Below, piece by piece: positions 19,153-28,518 of a stretch of 44,991 bases of DNA. The notes beneath the pieces were generated by a model. It saw only the letters and a program-made list of their open reading frames with translations, was not told the origin of the DNA and searched no databases. The DNA is taken from sequence record PZ379602.1, one strand, 5' to 3'. The DNA is from a phage. How positions within the stretch are numbered: position 1 is the stretch's first letter; the number at the start of each line of letters is the position of its first letter. A program made the position numbers and the translations under genes.

Positions 19153-19674
19153 ATGTCAGAACATAAAGAAGCAGTAAGTTTGGGTGAAATCATTCGATAC
19201 ATGGCGAGTCAGGCGCTCAAGTCAGAAGACAAAGTGTGCACAGTCCCTGTGACCATGATTGCTCGTCAATACTTCGGCATGAGTCGTGAGACGTTCGTAT
19301 CGCTAAGTGGTGAGGAGGTTCTACCTGGTGGTGAATACCACATGCCAAAACTAAAAGCGTCATACGTTTCAAACACCGTAAGCCGAATGCCTGAGATTAA
19401 GGCGGCTGACGTGCGCTCAAGGTTCTCACTTAGTTTTACCGACTTTGAGGGCGAGAGTGAGACATACTGCGCATCACTTAGCCTGGTTCCTGGCGCTGTA
19501 AAATCCGGCTCAAGAAGCAAAGCAGAGCAAGAGAAGGAGGCGGCTACCATTGAAAGGTTCAAGGCTCGATTGTTGAAACTATCACCAAGCGTCGCTGGTC
19601 TTGAAGGTGATGAACTTAAGGGTGCAGTATCAATGATTAACGCATACCAAGAAATGATTAAGGAGACTAAATAG
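19153..19674 (+). CDS. hypothetical early protein (173 aa)
   Basis: First plus-strand gene after the divergent region; AGGAG RBS. Confidence 0.6.
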   Translation: MSEHKEAVSLGEIIRYMASQALKSEDKVCTVPVTMIARQYFGMSRETFVSLSGEEVLPGGEYHMPKLKASYVSNTVSRMPEIKAADVRSRFSLSFTDFEGESETYCASLSLVPGAVKSGSRSKAEQEKEAATIERFKARLLKLSPSVAGLEGDELKGAVSMINAYQEMIKETK

Positions 19675-19676
19675 TG

Positions 19677-19700
19677 GGTATGGTAGTCTACTACCATACC
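19677..19700 (+). other. stable hairpin with perfect 10-bp stem and no U tract
   Basis: GGTATGGTAG-tcta-CTACCATACC directly after the stop codon; followed by tandem GAGGAT-like hexamers at 19713-19736. Confidence 0.5.
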
Positions 19701-19781
19701 ATCCGCGGTACAGTGAGGATGAGGATGAGGTTGAGGTGGCTATGGATTTATATCGGAAAGCTAAATTACTACTGAATGGAA

Positions 19782-19843
19782 ATAGCACTTTTTGCCTAAC
19801 GCAATAATGCCATGGATGGCATAATTATCTCATCGAAACGAGA
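19782..19843 (+). promoter_or_regulatory. modular promoter-like element (box ATAGCACTTTTTGCCTAA, hairpin TGCCAT...ATGGCA, CATAAT, CATCGAAACGAGA)
   Basis: Canonical 22-bp spacing and leader box 5 nt after the hexamer. Confidence 0.55.
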
Positions 19844-19862
19844 GGCACAAAGGAAAACGAAA

Positions 19863-20051
19863 ATGGCTAAGCGCATCACTAAAGAACTTAAAGTCCTGAA
19901 TAAAGAAAACGTAATCACCATCCTGACAATGTTCGGATACAACGAAGAGTCAGCGATTGCAAAGGTTGAGGCTGGTTACGATGTTGCAGTACGTAGTATG
20001 CCGGAAGCAACCTCAAAAGGTATCGCCGACTTCCTGGCTACCTGCTACTGA
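19863..20051 (+). CDS. hypothetical small protein (62 aa)
   Basis: ATG ORF downstream of a promoter element. Confidence 0.5.
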   Translation: MAKRITKELKVLNKENVITILTMFGYNEESAIAKVEAGYDVAVRSMPEATSKGIADFLATCY

Positions 20052-20106
20052 GTTATCTTACAAGGCATCTCGCGGGGTGCCTCAATAAGACAACTGGAGA
20101 AACAGC

Positions 20107-20292
20107 ATGAAAACTAAAATGGTACATAAGAGCGAAGTTAAGATTGGCGATACTGTTATCCATCGTGGCTATCTTAGAACTGTAAATGCCAACACTTTTA
20201 GTAAGGATGAGTTTATGGGACTACTTCTTTGGGGCGACTCCTACCGGCTTGGGCAGGAGATGGTTGAAGTCATAATTGATGTTAAGTTTTGA
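20107..20292 (+). CDS. hypothetical small protein (61 aa)
   Basis: ATG ORF after GGAGAAACAGC. Confidence 0.45.
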   Translation: MKTKMVHKSEVKIGDTVIHRGYLRTVNANTFSKDEFMGLLLWGDSYRLGQEMVEVIIDVKF

Positions 20293-20360
20293 ATAGCACG
20301 AATTGCTAAACCTTCCGCAAGGCCATTTGATATAGTGGCCTTATTGAAGCAAAGCAAAAG
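20293..20360 (+). promoter_or_regulatory. promoter-like element (box ATAGCACGAATTGCTAAA, hairpin AAGGCCA...TGGCCTT, TATAGT; degenerate leader box)
   Basis: Box begins right after the upstream TGA stop. Confidence 0.5.
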
Positions 20361-20368
20361 AGGATGTG

Positions 20369-20599
20369 ATGGAAAGGAGCAAATATGAAAGAGAGATTAT
20401 CGGGCTTAATGGCGAGCGTGCTATTGTTGATGTGTATCGCACGCTATCAGCGTTCAACGTTACAGACCCGGCGTGTCAGCATGCAATTAAAAAGCTTCTA
20501 TGCATGGGTTTGCGAGGCCACAAGGACGTAATTACTGACCTTGATGACGCAATAGACTCACTGAACAAGATGAAAACTTACCTGGAACAAACGAAATGA
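20369..20599 (+). CDS. hypothetical protein (76 aa)
   Basis: First in-frame ATG after AGAGGA RBS. Confidence 0.5.
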   Translation: MERSKYEREIIGLNGERAIVDVYRTLSAFNVTDPACQHAIKKLLCMGLRGHKDVITDLDDAIDSLNKMKTYLEQTK

Positions 20600-20829
20600 T
20601 TACAATTAACCTGTCAGAGAAAAATGCAGCAATCCTTAAATCGATCATAATGAAGCCGATGCACTCTACGCTAACATTTGAGCAGATGCGTGTCGTGAAA
20701 GAGACTGGAGCACAAATCAACAATCAGCAGTTCGACGTATCAGACTTCGAGTCATCGCGCCAGTATGAGGCATTAAGCATTCAGAACGCTGGCTACCTAA
20801 CTAACTGGGATAAGGCGACTAAGAAATGA
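20596..20829 (+). CDS. hypothetical protein (77 aa)
   Basis: ATGA start/stop overlap with the upstream gene. Confidence 0.5.
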   Translation: MITINLSEKNAAILKSIIMKPMHSTLTFEQMRVVKETGAQINNQQFDVSDFESSRQYEALSIQNAGYLTNWDKATKK

Positions 20830-20975
20830 TTTTATATATCCATGAGTACTGGACTGGGAAGTTTAACACCGTTCGACATGTTAGAGTTTATGAAGATTAT
20901 GTGAGTGCTTTCAATCAACAGAAGGTACTTGGTGGCACTGTCAAGGTTTGCGATGTTATAGATGAGATTTACTAA
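20826..20975 (+). CDS. hypothetical small protein (49 aa)
   Basis: ATGA overlap with the upstream gene; ends just before a promoter box. Confidence 0.35.
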   Translation: MILYIHEYWTGKFNTVRHVRVYEDYVSAFNQQKVLGGTVKVCDVIDEIY

Positions 20976-21037
20976 ATAGCATGAATTGCTAAACAATTGC
21001 CGGAGAAATCCGGCATAATTACCACATCGACAACGAG
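20976..21037 (+). promoter_or_regulatory. modular promoter-like element (box ATAGCATGAATTGCTAAA, hairpin GCCGGA...TCCGGC, CATAAT, CATCGACAACGAG)
   Basis: Hairpin arms nearly identical to those of the element at 13687. Confidence 0.55.
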
Positions 21038-21050
21038 ATGGAGTATAGAT

Positions 21051-21263
21051 ATGAAAATTAAAATTATCGACGTGAACTACATACCAGAAGAAGGCGTTCT
21101 GACACTTGAAGAATGCGGGTTTAAGGTTGGTGACGTATTAGAAGTAACCGGTCGGTTCGGGTGTGGTAGCTTATCAGCTCGAGCGATTCGTGATACTGAG
21201 TTAGTATCAATAGGACAGATGGTTAGTTTTGAAGAAGGCGAGTACAAGGTGGTCGAAGAATGA
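21051..21263 (+). CDS. hypothetical protein (70 aa)
   Basis: ATG ORF after a promoter element. Confidence 0.5.
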   Translation: MKIKIIDVNYIPEEGVLTLEECGFKVGDVLEVTGRFGCGSLSARAIRDTELVSIGQMVSFEEGEYKVVEE

Positions 21264-21439
21264 AATTCCAGCAAAGTAACCCTAAGCTCCAGGCTAACAA
21301 CTTCGATGGTTACACAACATTTATCATCGCCCAGGCTTTCGGTTTGCATGATGAACCTAAGGTTCATACTATCCACTTAAATGAAGAGCAAGCTCGAGAA
21401 CTGGCTTTCGAGATTCTTGATCAATTGAATAAAATTTAA
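21260..21439 (+). CDS. hypothetical small protein (59 aa)
   Basis: ATGA overlap with the upstream gene. Confidence 0.4.
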   Translation: MKFQQSNPKLQANNFDGYTTFIIAQAFGLHDEPKVHTIHLNEEQARELAFEILDQLNKI

Positions 21440-21449
21440 GGTTTATAAA

Positions 21450-21872
21450 ATGAAATTAAGCAAATCTCAAAGGGAAGAGTTGAAGGGCAAGTTCGGTGGT
21501 CGCTGCGCTTATTGTGGGTGTGAACTACCTGAGAAAGGCTGGCATGCTGACCATGTTGAACCGGTGCTACGTAAATCTGAGGTATGCATGAAGGCAGCGG
21601 AGAAAGGAACTTTCAAGCTGAAGGCGACAGGTGAGTTTAATCGACCACAAGCTGATCGAATGGAAAACCTTTACCCTGCATGTGCTCCATGCAACCTCAT
21701 GAAAACTTGCTATTCCCTTGAAATGTTCAGGGAACAGGTGTCTCTTCAAGTCGCTCGCGGGCGTAAGAGCAGCATGAATTTTCGCACGGCAGAGCGGTTC
21801 GGCCTCATCTCCATAGTGGAGGATCCAGTTGTTTTCTGGTTTGAGAAGTTTGAGCAAATTAACAAAATCTGA
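21450..21872 (+). CDS. HNH endonuclease
   Basis: CAYCG...HADHVEP...NLYPACAPCNLMK: Cys pairs flanking His and Asn as in HNH nucleases. Confidence 0.75.
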   Translation: MKLSKSQREELKGKFGGRCAYCGCELPEKGWHADHVEPVLRKSEVCMKAAEKGTFKLKATGEFNRPQADRMENLYPACAPCNLMKTCYSLEMFREQVSLQVARGRKSSMNFRTAERFGLISIVEDPVVFWFEKFEQINKI

Positions 21873-22035
21873 GGATAGAGAAATGAATACTGGGTTAATG
21901 ATGGATGAAGTTCTGGTTTAAGCATTGCCATGGTTACTCTGGTTATTGGGCTTCATGATTATTTACATGATTTCAGCAGCCGTAGATGACGCTAAAAGCG
22001 ATTCTAACGAACTATAATTTAAGTGAGGTGATTGC

Positions 22036-22197
22036 ATGATTAAGATCGTATATATTGGTGAGGATGATTATATGGCGCGCTTAAAGCATGGCGACGTATT
22101 CTATGCAGAGCCTAGCGAAGATGGCAATGGGTACTTCATTAAAAACAAGCACGATGAGGAGCTTTACATAGCAAACCACGAGGCTCTTGTTTACTAA
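22036..22197 (+). CDS. hypothetical small protein (53 aa)
   Basis: Strong RBS AAGTGAGGTGA before the ATG. Confidence 0.5.
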   Translation: MIKIVYIGEDDYMARLKHGDVFYAEPSEDGNGYFIKNKHDEELYIANHEALVY

Positions 22198-22337
22198 TGG
22201 ATAACTACGAAACACCAAGCCAGTGGGCTAAACGGATGATGGATGAGGCTAAGACTGGCGAGGTTGCCATGATGTACTTCGAGCTGATGAATCTATGGAA
22301 GGAGCGTGAAGATAAAATAAACAGCACGAATAGCTAA
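22197..22337 (+). CDS. hypothetical small protein (46 aa)
   Basis: ATG overlapping the upstream stop; C-terminus INSTNS encoded by the box variant. Confidence 0.4.
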   Translation: MDNYETPSQWAKRMMDEAKTGEVAMMYFELMNLWKEREDKINSTNS

Positions 22338-22385
22338 ACACCAAAGGCATGGATGCCATATAATTTATATATCAAACAGCGAGAG
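22322..22385 (+). promoter_or_regulatory. promoter-like element variant (box CAGCACGAATAGCTAAA, hairpin GGCAT...ATGCC, TATAAT)
   Basis: 22-bp spacing to a perfect TATAAT; degenerate leader box. Confidence 0.45.
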
Positions 22386-22393
22386 GTTAGAAA

Positions 22394-22630
22394 ATGTTCG
22401 GGTTAGACGACGCATACTTTAACGCAGTTAAGCGACAGGCTGACAAGCTGAATGACGAATACGGCAAATTGGGCGCAAAAAAGAAAGATGATAAGGTTGT
22501 TGCGGCGCTTATCACTCAGATATGGGGGCCGGTATCCACGATAATCGCACGTGATAAGTTTGTGTGGATAGCGGGCTATCGTCGAGGGCGTGTGGGTCAT
22601 GATGAGAATGGGAATAGCCTTTATGAGTGA
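22394..22630 (+). CDS. hypothetical protein (78 aa)
   Basis: ATG after GAGAGG RBS. Confidence 0.5.
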   Translation: MFGLDDAYFNAVKRQADKLNDEYGKLGAKKKDDKVVAALITQIWGPVSTIIARDKFVWIAGYRRGRVGHDENGNSLYE

Positions 22631-22814
22631 TAACGACAATAATCACAAACATCATTACATTTACGTGTTCACATCAATCATTAACGATTTTGACATTAAG
22701 GCGATAAGCTATGCATACCACGAGTCAACAAAACCAAGTGTATCAATAGGTGAAACATGTGCGTTCTACGAGTGCAAAGATTGTGGCAAGATGCTTATAA
22801 CTGAGGAGTTTTGA
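22623..22814 (+). CDS. hypothetical Cys-containing protein (63 aa)
   Basis: ATG overlapping the upstream gene; C-terminal CAFYECKDCG suggests a zinc-binding knuckle. Confidence 0.45.
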   Translation: MSDNDNNHKHHYIYVFTSIINDFDIKAISYAYHESTKPSVSIGETCAFYECKDCGKMLITEEF

Positions 22815-23011
22815 TGAATAAAATTATTAAGAAAGGCGATGCTATCAAGTGCACAAAGGCGGCATCGGATGACTTCATGGATGGATGCGATTACCAGGTC
22901 GAAAAGGTATCGAAGACTGGCCACGTATTCTGCTACAGCGATAATGGCGAATTGGTGAGCATTGACTACCCGTATGACCAGAATTATGGGAAATTCGAAA
23001 GAGTAAGTTGA
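22811..23011 (+). CDS. hypothetical protein (66 aa)
   Basis: ATGA overlap with the upstream gene. Confidence 0.45.
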   Translation: MMNKIIKKGDAIKCTKAASDDFMDGCDYQVEKVSKTGHVFCYSDNGELVSIDYPYDQNYGKFERVS

Positions 23012-23199
23012 CACATCTAACCCTGACTGGTACATTAACAACTGTAGACAGACGAGGCCACCAAGTGGCAACGGCGCACGGAGCGCAACACAAAGTCCAT
23101 AGCTCACTAAGCAGCGTATATGGCGAAATCGGTCGAGAAACTCGACGCTGGAAGCGTAACCAGCAATCCTTCAATAGCGCAATCGCTACTCAAGGATTT

Positions 23200-23275
23200 G
23201 TTCTGCTGGCGTAACAGGATAACGCAAAGACCTCCTAAGTCTTAGTTACTGGTTCGAGTCCAGTGCGGAACACCA
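23200..23275 (+). tRNA. tRNA-Arg (anticodon CCU, reads AGG), CCA encoded
   Basis: Manual fold: acceptor GTTCTGC/GCGGAAC (one G-U), D stem GCGT/ACGC, anticodon stem AAGAC/GTCTT with loop CTCCTAA, T arm ACTGG-TTCGAGT-CCAGT, discriminator A, CCA. Confidence 0.85.
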
Positions 23276-23306
23276 AATTAAGAAACCAATAATCCTGGGG
23301 GATTAA

Positions 23307-23519
23307 ATGAAAAAAGTAACAATCATCGTAAAAGATATTGAAAGCGGCACTTCCCAAAAATTCAACGCAACACTTGACCGTGAACATAAATGCTTAAAGG
23401 GTGTGATTGGCGGGGTTTCAGTTAGCGCGGATATTAAAGGTTATCTCGAGCTTGAAAGAGAAACTCAAAACTATAGCAATCAGAGCGGGAAGATAAAAAA
23501 TGCAGCTTTGGGATGTTAA
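23307..23519 (+). CDS. hypothetical protein (70 aa)
   Basis: ATG after GGGGGA RBS, just downstream of the tRNA. Confidence 0.5.
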   Translation: MKKVTIIVKDIESGTSQKFNATLDREHKCLKGVIGGVSVSADIKGYLELERETQNYSNQSGKIKNAALGC

Positions 23520-23688
23520 GCTTTCAATCCGATTAATGGGTCGTAGTTGCAAAAGTTGCACTCAAGAATTTATCGCGTCGGTTACTGCTAAGTCCTCAGA
23601 GGAAGCAGTAGCGAAAGTTAAGGTAATGTCTGGTGCCGACCCGGATTACCACAAATTCCTAGTAGCTTACGTTCGTGAGCGAAAGTAA
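23500..23688 (+). CDS. hypothetical protein (62 aa)
   Basis: ATG ORF overlapping the end of the previous gene. Confidence 0.45.
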   Translation: MQLWDVKLSIRLMGRSCKSCTQEFIASVTAKSSEEAVAKVKVMSGADPDYHKFLVAYVRERK

Positions 23689-23741
23689 AAGAAGTTCTAC
23701 TCTCTGTTTGTTTCATATCTCTCGTTGTTGTTCGATACTTC

Positions 23742-23766
23742 GCCCTCTTCTTGAGGGCTTTTTTTC
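23742..23766 (+). terminator. rho-independent terminator at the early/late boundary
   Basis: Hairpin GCCCTC-ttctt-GAGGGC followed by T7; then TATAAT and AAGGAGGT RBS before terminase. Confidence 0.7.
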
Positions 23767-23812
23767 GTTTGCTATATGATATAATGCATCTCTAAACAAA
23801 GGAGGTAACAAA

Positions 23813-24337
23813 ATGAAAGACGAAAACTTCACCAGTCAGGCGCAAGAAAAGGTCCGCTCTGGCAACTTTAAAGCCATGTACAATAAAAAGTACTCAGACA
23901 TTACAACGCTAGCCAAAAACCGAAGCATGACACCCGAACAGCTATTTGAATTCGCCGTGAAATACTTCTCATGGGCTGAGGACCAGGCAATCAAGGCAAT
24001 CGAGACAGCCAGCTTCCAGGGTGTGGTAAAAGAGAGCCTGGTGCACAAACCACGAGTCTTCACGCTAACCGGATTCTGCCTTTACTGCGGTGTCACCCAT
24101 AGCGCCATCGAGAAATGGAGGAAGTCGGCTGGTTATGATGAGGTGATTGCGTTCATTGATTCCGTGATTCGCGAGCAGAAATACCAGCTTGCAGCATCTG
24201 GCATTGTTAACCCTGGCATGATTTCCAAGGAGCTTGGAATCGACAAACCGCAGGAGATCACTATAAGCAATAACTCTTCTGCTAACGACGTCGAAACGAT
24301 GAAGGAAGCTCTGGAGTCTGTGATTAGTAAGCTGTAA
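23813..24337 (+). CDS. terminase small subunit (by position)
   Basis: 174-aa ORF immediately upstream of the large terminase; strong RBS. Confidence 0.55.
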   Translation: MKDENFTSQAQEKVRSGNFKAMYNKKYSDITTLAKNRSMTPEQLFEFAVKYFSWAEDQAIKAIETASFQGVVKESLVHKPRVFTLTGFCLYCGVTHSAIEKWRKSAGYDEVIAFIDSVIREQKYQLAASGIVNPGMISKELGIDKPQEITISNNSSANDVETMKEALESVISKL

Positions 24338-24457
24338 TAACATGGGGTAGATTGGCGTGATCAAATTAATGAAGGCGTTATTGGTGTATTACATGATGGC
24401 AGCTACATGCTTCACAACTGGATTCTTAATTGGCGTGATGGTTGGATTGGTGAAATT

Positions 24458-26026
24458 ATGGCTAATTTAGTTTGGGAGGAAATGACGCCAGCAGAAAAGA
24501 TGGCGGTTAAGGCGATATCCACTCATAGCTTCGAGGGTTTCTTACGAGTGTGGTTCCAGCTTACCCAGGGAGAGCGATACATACCTAACTGGCACCATAG
24601 ATACCTTTGCAGAATTATCGATGAGATTATTGCTGGTGAGCGTAAGGACACAATCATTAACATCGCTCCTGGCAGTGGGAAGACAGAGATTGCCTCAATT
24701 CACTTCCCAGCCTACTCAATGGTTAAGTTGAGAAAGGTAAGGAACCTGAATATATCGTATGCTGACTCACTGGTTAAGCGTAACTCCAAGCGTGTGCGCG
24801 ACTTAATTAAGTCTGTTGAGTTCCAGGAGTTGTTCCCATGTAAGTTTGGTACGTGTAAGGATGATGAGCTACAGGTCCTGGATGACTATGGCAAGGTCAG
24901 GTTTGAGTCAATCTCTAAAGCCACTGGCGGCCAAATTACAGGCGCGAGGGGTGGATATATAACCGATTCGTATAGTGGTGCGGTACTGTTAGATGATTTT
25001 GACAAACCAGCCGACATGCTTTCTGCTGTTTTTCGCGCTAACAATCACGTGATGCTAAAGAATACAATACGCTCTCGTAGGGCGAGCTCCGTAAAAGGAA
25101 AGGCGACGCCGATTATCTCTATCCAACAGCGCCTTCATGTGAACGATAGTACGTGGTTCATGATGAATGGCGGTATGGGTATTAGCTTCGACTTGATTAA
25201 AATACCGGCGCTCGTAACTGAGGATTACGTCGACACGCTTCCTGACTGGATTAAGCAGCAATTCATTGATGACGTTCTATCAAGCGAATATATTGAGCGT
25301 GATGGTGTTAGGTACTATAGCTATTTCCCTGGCAAGGAATCTGTTCACGACCTAGTTGCAATGTGGGATTCTGATAGCTATACATTCCTTAGCCAGTATC
25401 AGCAAGAACCAGTAGCACTTGGCGGCAACCTGATTAACGTAGACTGGCTTCAACGCATTAGCGACACTCTGCGACCGCCAGCTAAGTACGATTACAGGTT
25501 TATGGTCCTTGATACTGCGATGACAACCAAAAGTTACAGCGACTTTAGCGTCATGCAGCTATGGGGTTATAAGGATGGGAAGATTTATCTGCTTGACCAG
25601 CGGCGCGGTAAATTTGAAGCTCCTGAGCTCGAGGCTGAGTTATTGGATTTCGAGAAGATGGCTAGGGCATCCAATCAGATAGATGGCATCCTTCGTAAAA
25701 TCATCATCGAGAAGAAAGCCTCTGGTATTGGCCTGATTCAATCAGCCGGAAGGGTTATGCGAACGCCTATCGAGCCGTACGTTCCGGATAACGATAAGCT
25801 GACTCGCGTAATGAGTGCATTGCCGCAGATTAAAGCTGGTAACGTAATCCTTCCGGAGTCTGCTACTTGGCTTAATGGCTTGCTAACGGAGATTGCGGCA
25901 TTCACGGCAGATGATTCACATGTTCACGATGACCAGATAGACTGTTTGACAATGGCTGTCAACCTGGTACTGAACATTGCAGAAGACCCTAAATCGAGGA
26001 TGATGCGCCTCGCTGGCATCAAATAG
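24458..26026 (+). CDS. terminase large subunit
   Basis: Walker A-like NIAPGSGKTEI; acidic nuclease-type C-terminal half; start at ATG 24458 (an alternative ATG exists at 24407). Confidence 0.85.
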   Translation: MANLVWEEMTPAEKMAVKAISTHSFEGFLRVWFQLTQGERYIPNWHHRYLCRIIDEIIAGERKDTIINIAPGSGKTEIASIHFPAYSMVKLRKVRNLNISYADSLVKRNSKRVRDLIKSVEFQELFPCKFGTCKDDELQVLDDYGKVRFESISKATGGQITGARGGYITDSYSGAVLLDDFDKPADMLSAVFRANNHVMLKNTIRSRRASSVKGKATPIISIQQRLHVNDSTWFMMNGGMGISFDLIKIPALVTEDYVDTLPDWIKQQFIDDVLSSEYIERDGVRYYSYFPGKESVHDLVAMWDSDSYTFLSQYQQEPVALGGNLINVDWLQRISDTLRPPAKYDYRFMVLDTAMTTKSYSDFSVMQLWGYKDGKIYLLDQRRGKFEAPELEAELLDFEKMARASNQIDGILRKIIIEKKASGIGLIQSAGRVMRTPIEPYVPDNDKLTRVMSALPQIKAGNVILPESATWLNGLLTEIAAFTADDSHVHDDQIDCLTMAVNLVLNIAEDPKSRMMRLAGIK

Positions 26027-26087
26027 CACGTTTTGCTAAAGACGCGCCGCCAAGGATGGCTTATAGTTACTTCACGCAAACGAGAGG
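26023..26087 (+). promoter_or_regulatory. promoter-like element (box ATAGCACGTTTTGCTAAA, hairpin GCCA...TGGC, TATAGT)
   Basis: Box overlaps the TAG stop of terminase; 23-bp spacing. Confidence 0.45.
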
Positions 26088-26095
26088 AGTAAAAA

Positions 26096-26449
26096 ATGAA
26101 AGCAGTATTTAAAGGGTATAAAAAAGCTGGTTATTTTGATTTTACCGTTGGTAAGATTTATGACTTATCAAGAACGCCTGGAAGTAATAATGAATACGTC
26201 AAAGTTAAGGATGATAAAGGCTATTTGGGCGTAATTAATCTTAGTGTTTATGATTTCGAAGTTATAGAGCCTACCGATTTTGTCGTTAAAGGTGATAATT
26301 TTAAAGTTGAAAAGGCTGGGATTAAATACTTCATCAACAAAGACATAGTAACTAAAGAGGCATTTTATGAAGTCAGAAGGGAGGTTCGCCAGTTAACACT
26401 TAATGGAGTGAAAACATCATCAATCAAGTTCGAAGTAAAATTCGAGTAA
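26096..26449 (+). CDS. hypothetical protein (117 aa), moron-like insert between terminase and portal
   Basis: Own promoter-like element upstream and own terminator downstream; Lys-rich. Confidence 0.55.
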   Translation: MKAVFKGYKKAGYFDFTVGKIYDLSRTPGSNNEYVKVKDDKGYLGVINLSVYDFEVIEPTDFVVKGDNFKVEKAGIKYFINKDIVTKEAFYEVRREVRQLTLNGVKTSSIKFEVKFE

Positions 26450-26471
26450 CCATAAAAGCTATGCTAAACTA

Positions 26472-26493
26472 AGCCCCTAAATGGGGCTTTTTA
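26472..26493 (+). terminator. rho-independent terminator
   Basis: Hairpin AGCCCC-taaat-GGGGCT followed by T5. Confidence 0.65.
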
Positions 26494-26507
26494 TTGGAGC
26501 AAATAAA

Positions 26508-27785
26508 ATGGTAAAAGCAGATTCATACGCCACGCAATTTCTTGGTGGCCCCAGTGATGGTAGCGAGATTTACGGGCACTTTGGCAACACGTATCTTACA
26601 CCTCCTTTCGCTGATTCACTGTACGCATCAAACTCAATTGTACGCCGCATCGTCGACACCATACCGGAGACAGCAATCGCCGCAGGTTTCCATATCGATG
26701 GTATTGATGACGAAGGTGAATTCTGGTCCAGGTGGGATTACCTGAAGGTTAACGAGTCAATCTCTGACGCATGGTCATGGGCGAGGTTATTTGGCGGCTC
26801 TGCAATTGTGGCTATCGTTAAGGACAATCGTGCGCTAACTAGCCCGGTACGTGAAGGCGCGGAACTTGAATCACTTCGCGTTTATGAGCGTAGCCAGGTA
26901 AGAGTTCAGACTAAGGAGGAAAACCCTCGCAATGTGCGATTCGGTAAGCCATTAACGTACCGCATCACGCCAGAAGGTGGCGCCATGTTTTATGATGTGC
27001 ACTACTCGCGAGTTCACATTATGGATGGCGAGAAGATTCCTAGTTCATTGCGTCGCGGTAATGACGGGTGGGGTGCTAGCGTTCTGGTTCCTGACCTGCT
27101 TGAATCAATCAAGGATTATCAGACGTGTGAGAAACTGGCAACTCAGTTATTGCGCCGCAAGCAGCAGGCGGTGTGGAAGGCTAAAGGCCTTGCTGAACTG
27201 TGTGACGACGCGGAAGGTTTTGGTGCGGCCAGGTTGAGGCTTGCTCAGGTTGATGATAACTCTGGCGTTGGTCGCGCGATTGGTATCGACGCTGAAGCTG
27301 AAGAGTACAGCGTTCTTAACTCGGATATTGGTGGGATTGATGGATTCCTCGATAAGAAGTTCGACAGAATTGTTGCTCTGAGCGGTATCCATGAAATCAT
27401 TCTCAAAGGTCGTAACGTTGGCGGGTTATCATCTAGCCAAAACACAGCGCTAGAGACATTCCATAAGTTGATTGACCGCAAGCGTAACGAAGAGCTACTT
27501 CCAGTTCTTGGGTTCTTAATCCCGTTCATCACAACCGAGCAAGAATGGTCAGTTGAGTTTAACCCTCTAGCTCAGGAATCGAAGAAAGACCGCGCTGAAA
27601 TACTGAAGAATAACGTTGATTCAATTACTGCTCTTATCACTAACGGCGTGATGGATGCAGACGAAGCACGAGATACCTTGCGCGCATTAGCCCCTGAGGT
27701 TAAGATTGGTGAAGGTTCAATTGAGACAGAGGTAACAATCAATGAAACCAGTGAAGACCCGCTGGAAGTACCCGCAGACAATTGA
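26508..27785 (+). CDS. portal protein
   Basis: 425-aa ORF between terminase and head morphogenesis genes. Confidence 0.75.
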   Translation: MVKADSYATQFLGGPSDGSEIYGHFGNTYLTPPFADSLYASNSIVRRIVDTIPETAIAAGFHIDGIDDEGEFWSRWDYLKVNESISDAWSWARLFGGSAIVAIVKDNRALTSPVREGAELESLRVYERSQVRVQTKEENPRNVRFGKPLTYRITPEGGAMFYDVHYSRVHIMDGEKIPSSLRRGNDGWGASVLVPDLLESIKDYQTCEKLATQLLRRKQQAVWKAKGLAELCDDAEGFGAARLRLAQVDDNSGVGRAIGIDAEAEEYSVLNSDIGGIDGFLDKKFDRIVALSGIHEIILKGRNVGGLSSSQNTALETFHKLIDRKRNEELLPVLGFLIPFITTEQEWSVEFNPLAQESKKDRAEILKNNVDSITALITNGVMDADEARDTLRALAPEVKIGEGSIETEVTINETSEDPLEVPADN

Positions 27786-28470
27786 GAATCAGGTAAACCG
27801 CAACCTTAGCGTTGCGGTAACTGAGCTAATATCTGCAATGAAAGAATCAGCTACGCGGCTTAAGATTGACACTGCCGAGGAGCTAGAGCAGGAAGATAAT
27901 TATCTCGACGCAATCATAGCAGCGCTTATAGCTTCTGTTGTAGCTACACTTCCGGCAATTGGAGCGTCAATATACAGGTATAATTCATCGCAGTTTCTTG
28001 TGCTGGCAATCAAGACTGGTGGCGGCTCGGTTCAGTCAGTTATGGACTTGAGACTTAACGGTATAAATGGAGATGAAGATTGGTATCAGCCGGATTTAAA
28101 CCAGTGGCTTTACACATCAAATAAGTCCGTTGAAAAGTTACTCAACAATATCAAGGACGACTTTATTCAGTCTGCATCAATCATACAGAGTGGTGACTAC
28201 CTTAAGATTAACGAAAGGTACAAGATTTACCGCAAGAGAACTGCTAATATAGCCTCAGGCATCACGTCCAGTATTAACTCTACGTTCATGCGCAGGAGGC
28301 TAGAGGATGCTGGTGTTACCCATTACATTTGGCACGGCATGCTTGATGAAAGGGAGCGAATGACCCATTTCAAGAAAGAGGGCCTAAGCTTCAGGTTGAG
28401 CGGTAACGATCTCTTCCCTGGTCAGGAATACGGCTGTCGTTGTTGGGCTGTGCCGGATTGGGAGTCATAA
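27742..28470 (+). CDS. head morphogenesis protein (Mu F / SPP1 gp7-like)
   Basis: C-terminal ...GQEYGCRCWAVPDWES resembles the conserved C-terminus of this family; overlaps the portal end. Confidence 0.7.
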   Translation: MKPVKTRWKYPQTIENQVNRNLSVAVTELISAMKESATRLKIDTAEELEQEDNYLDAIIAALIASVVATLPAIGASIYRYNSSQFLVLAIKTGGGSVQSVMDLRLNGINGDEDWYQPDLNQWLYTSNKSVEKLLNNIKDDFIQSASIIQSGDYLKINERYKIYRKRTANIASGITSSINSTFMRRRLEDAGVTHYIWHGMLDERERMTHFKKEGLSFRLSGNDLFPGQEYGCRCWAVPDWES

Positions 28471-28518
28471 CATGAGGATGAAAGATGAATTCGATGGATT
28501 TTAGTGAGGAGAATTGGG

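Noticed and set aside
23008-23214. 68-aa plus-strand ORF
   Set aside because: Its 3' end is the tRNA-Arg acceptor and D arm; the tRNA is the real feature.
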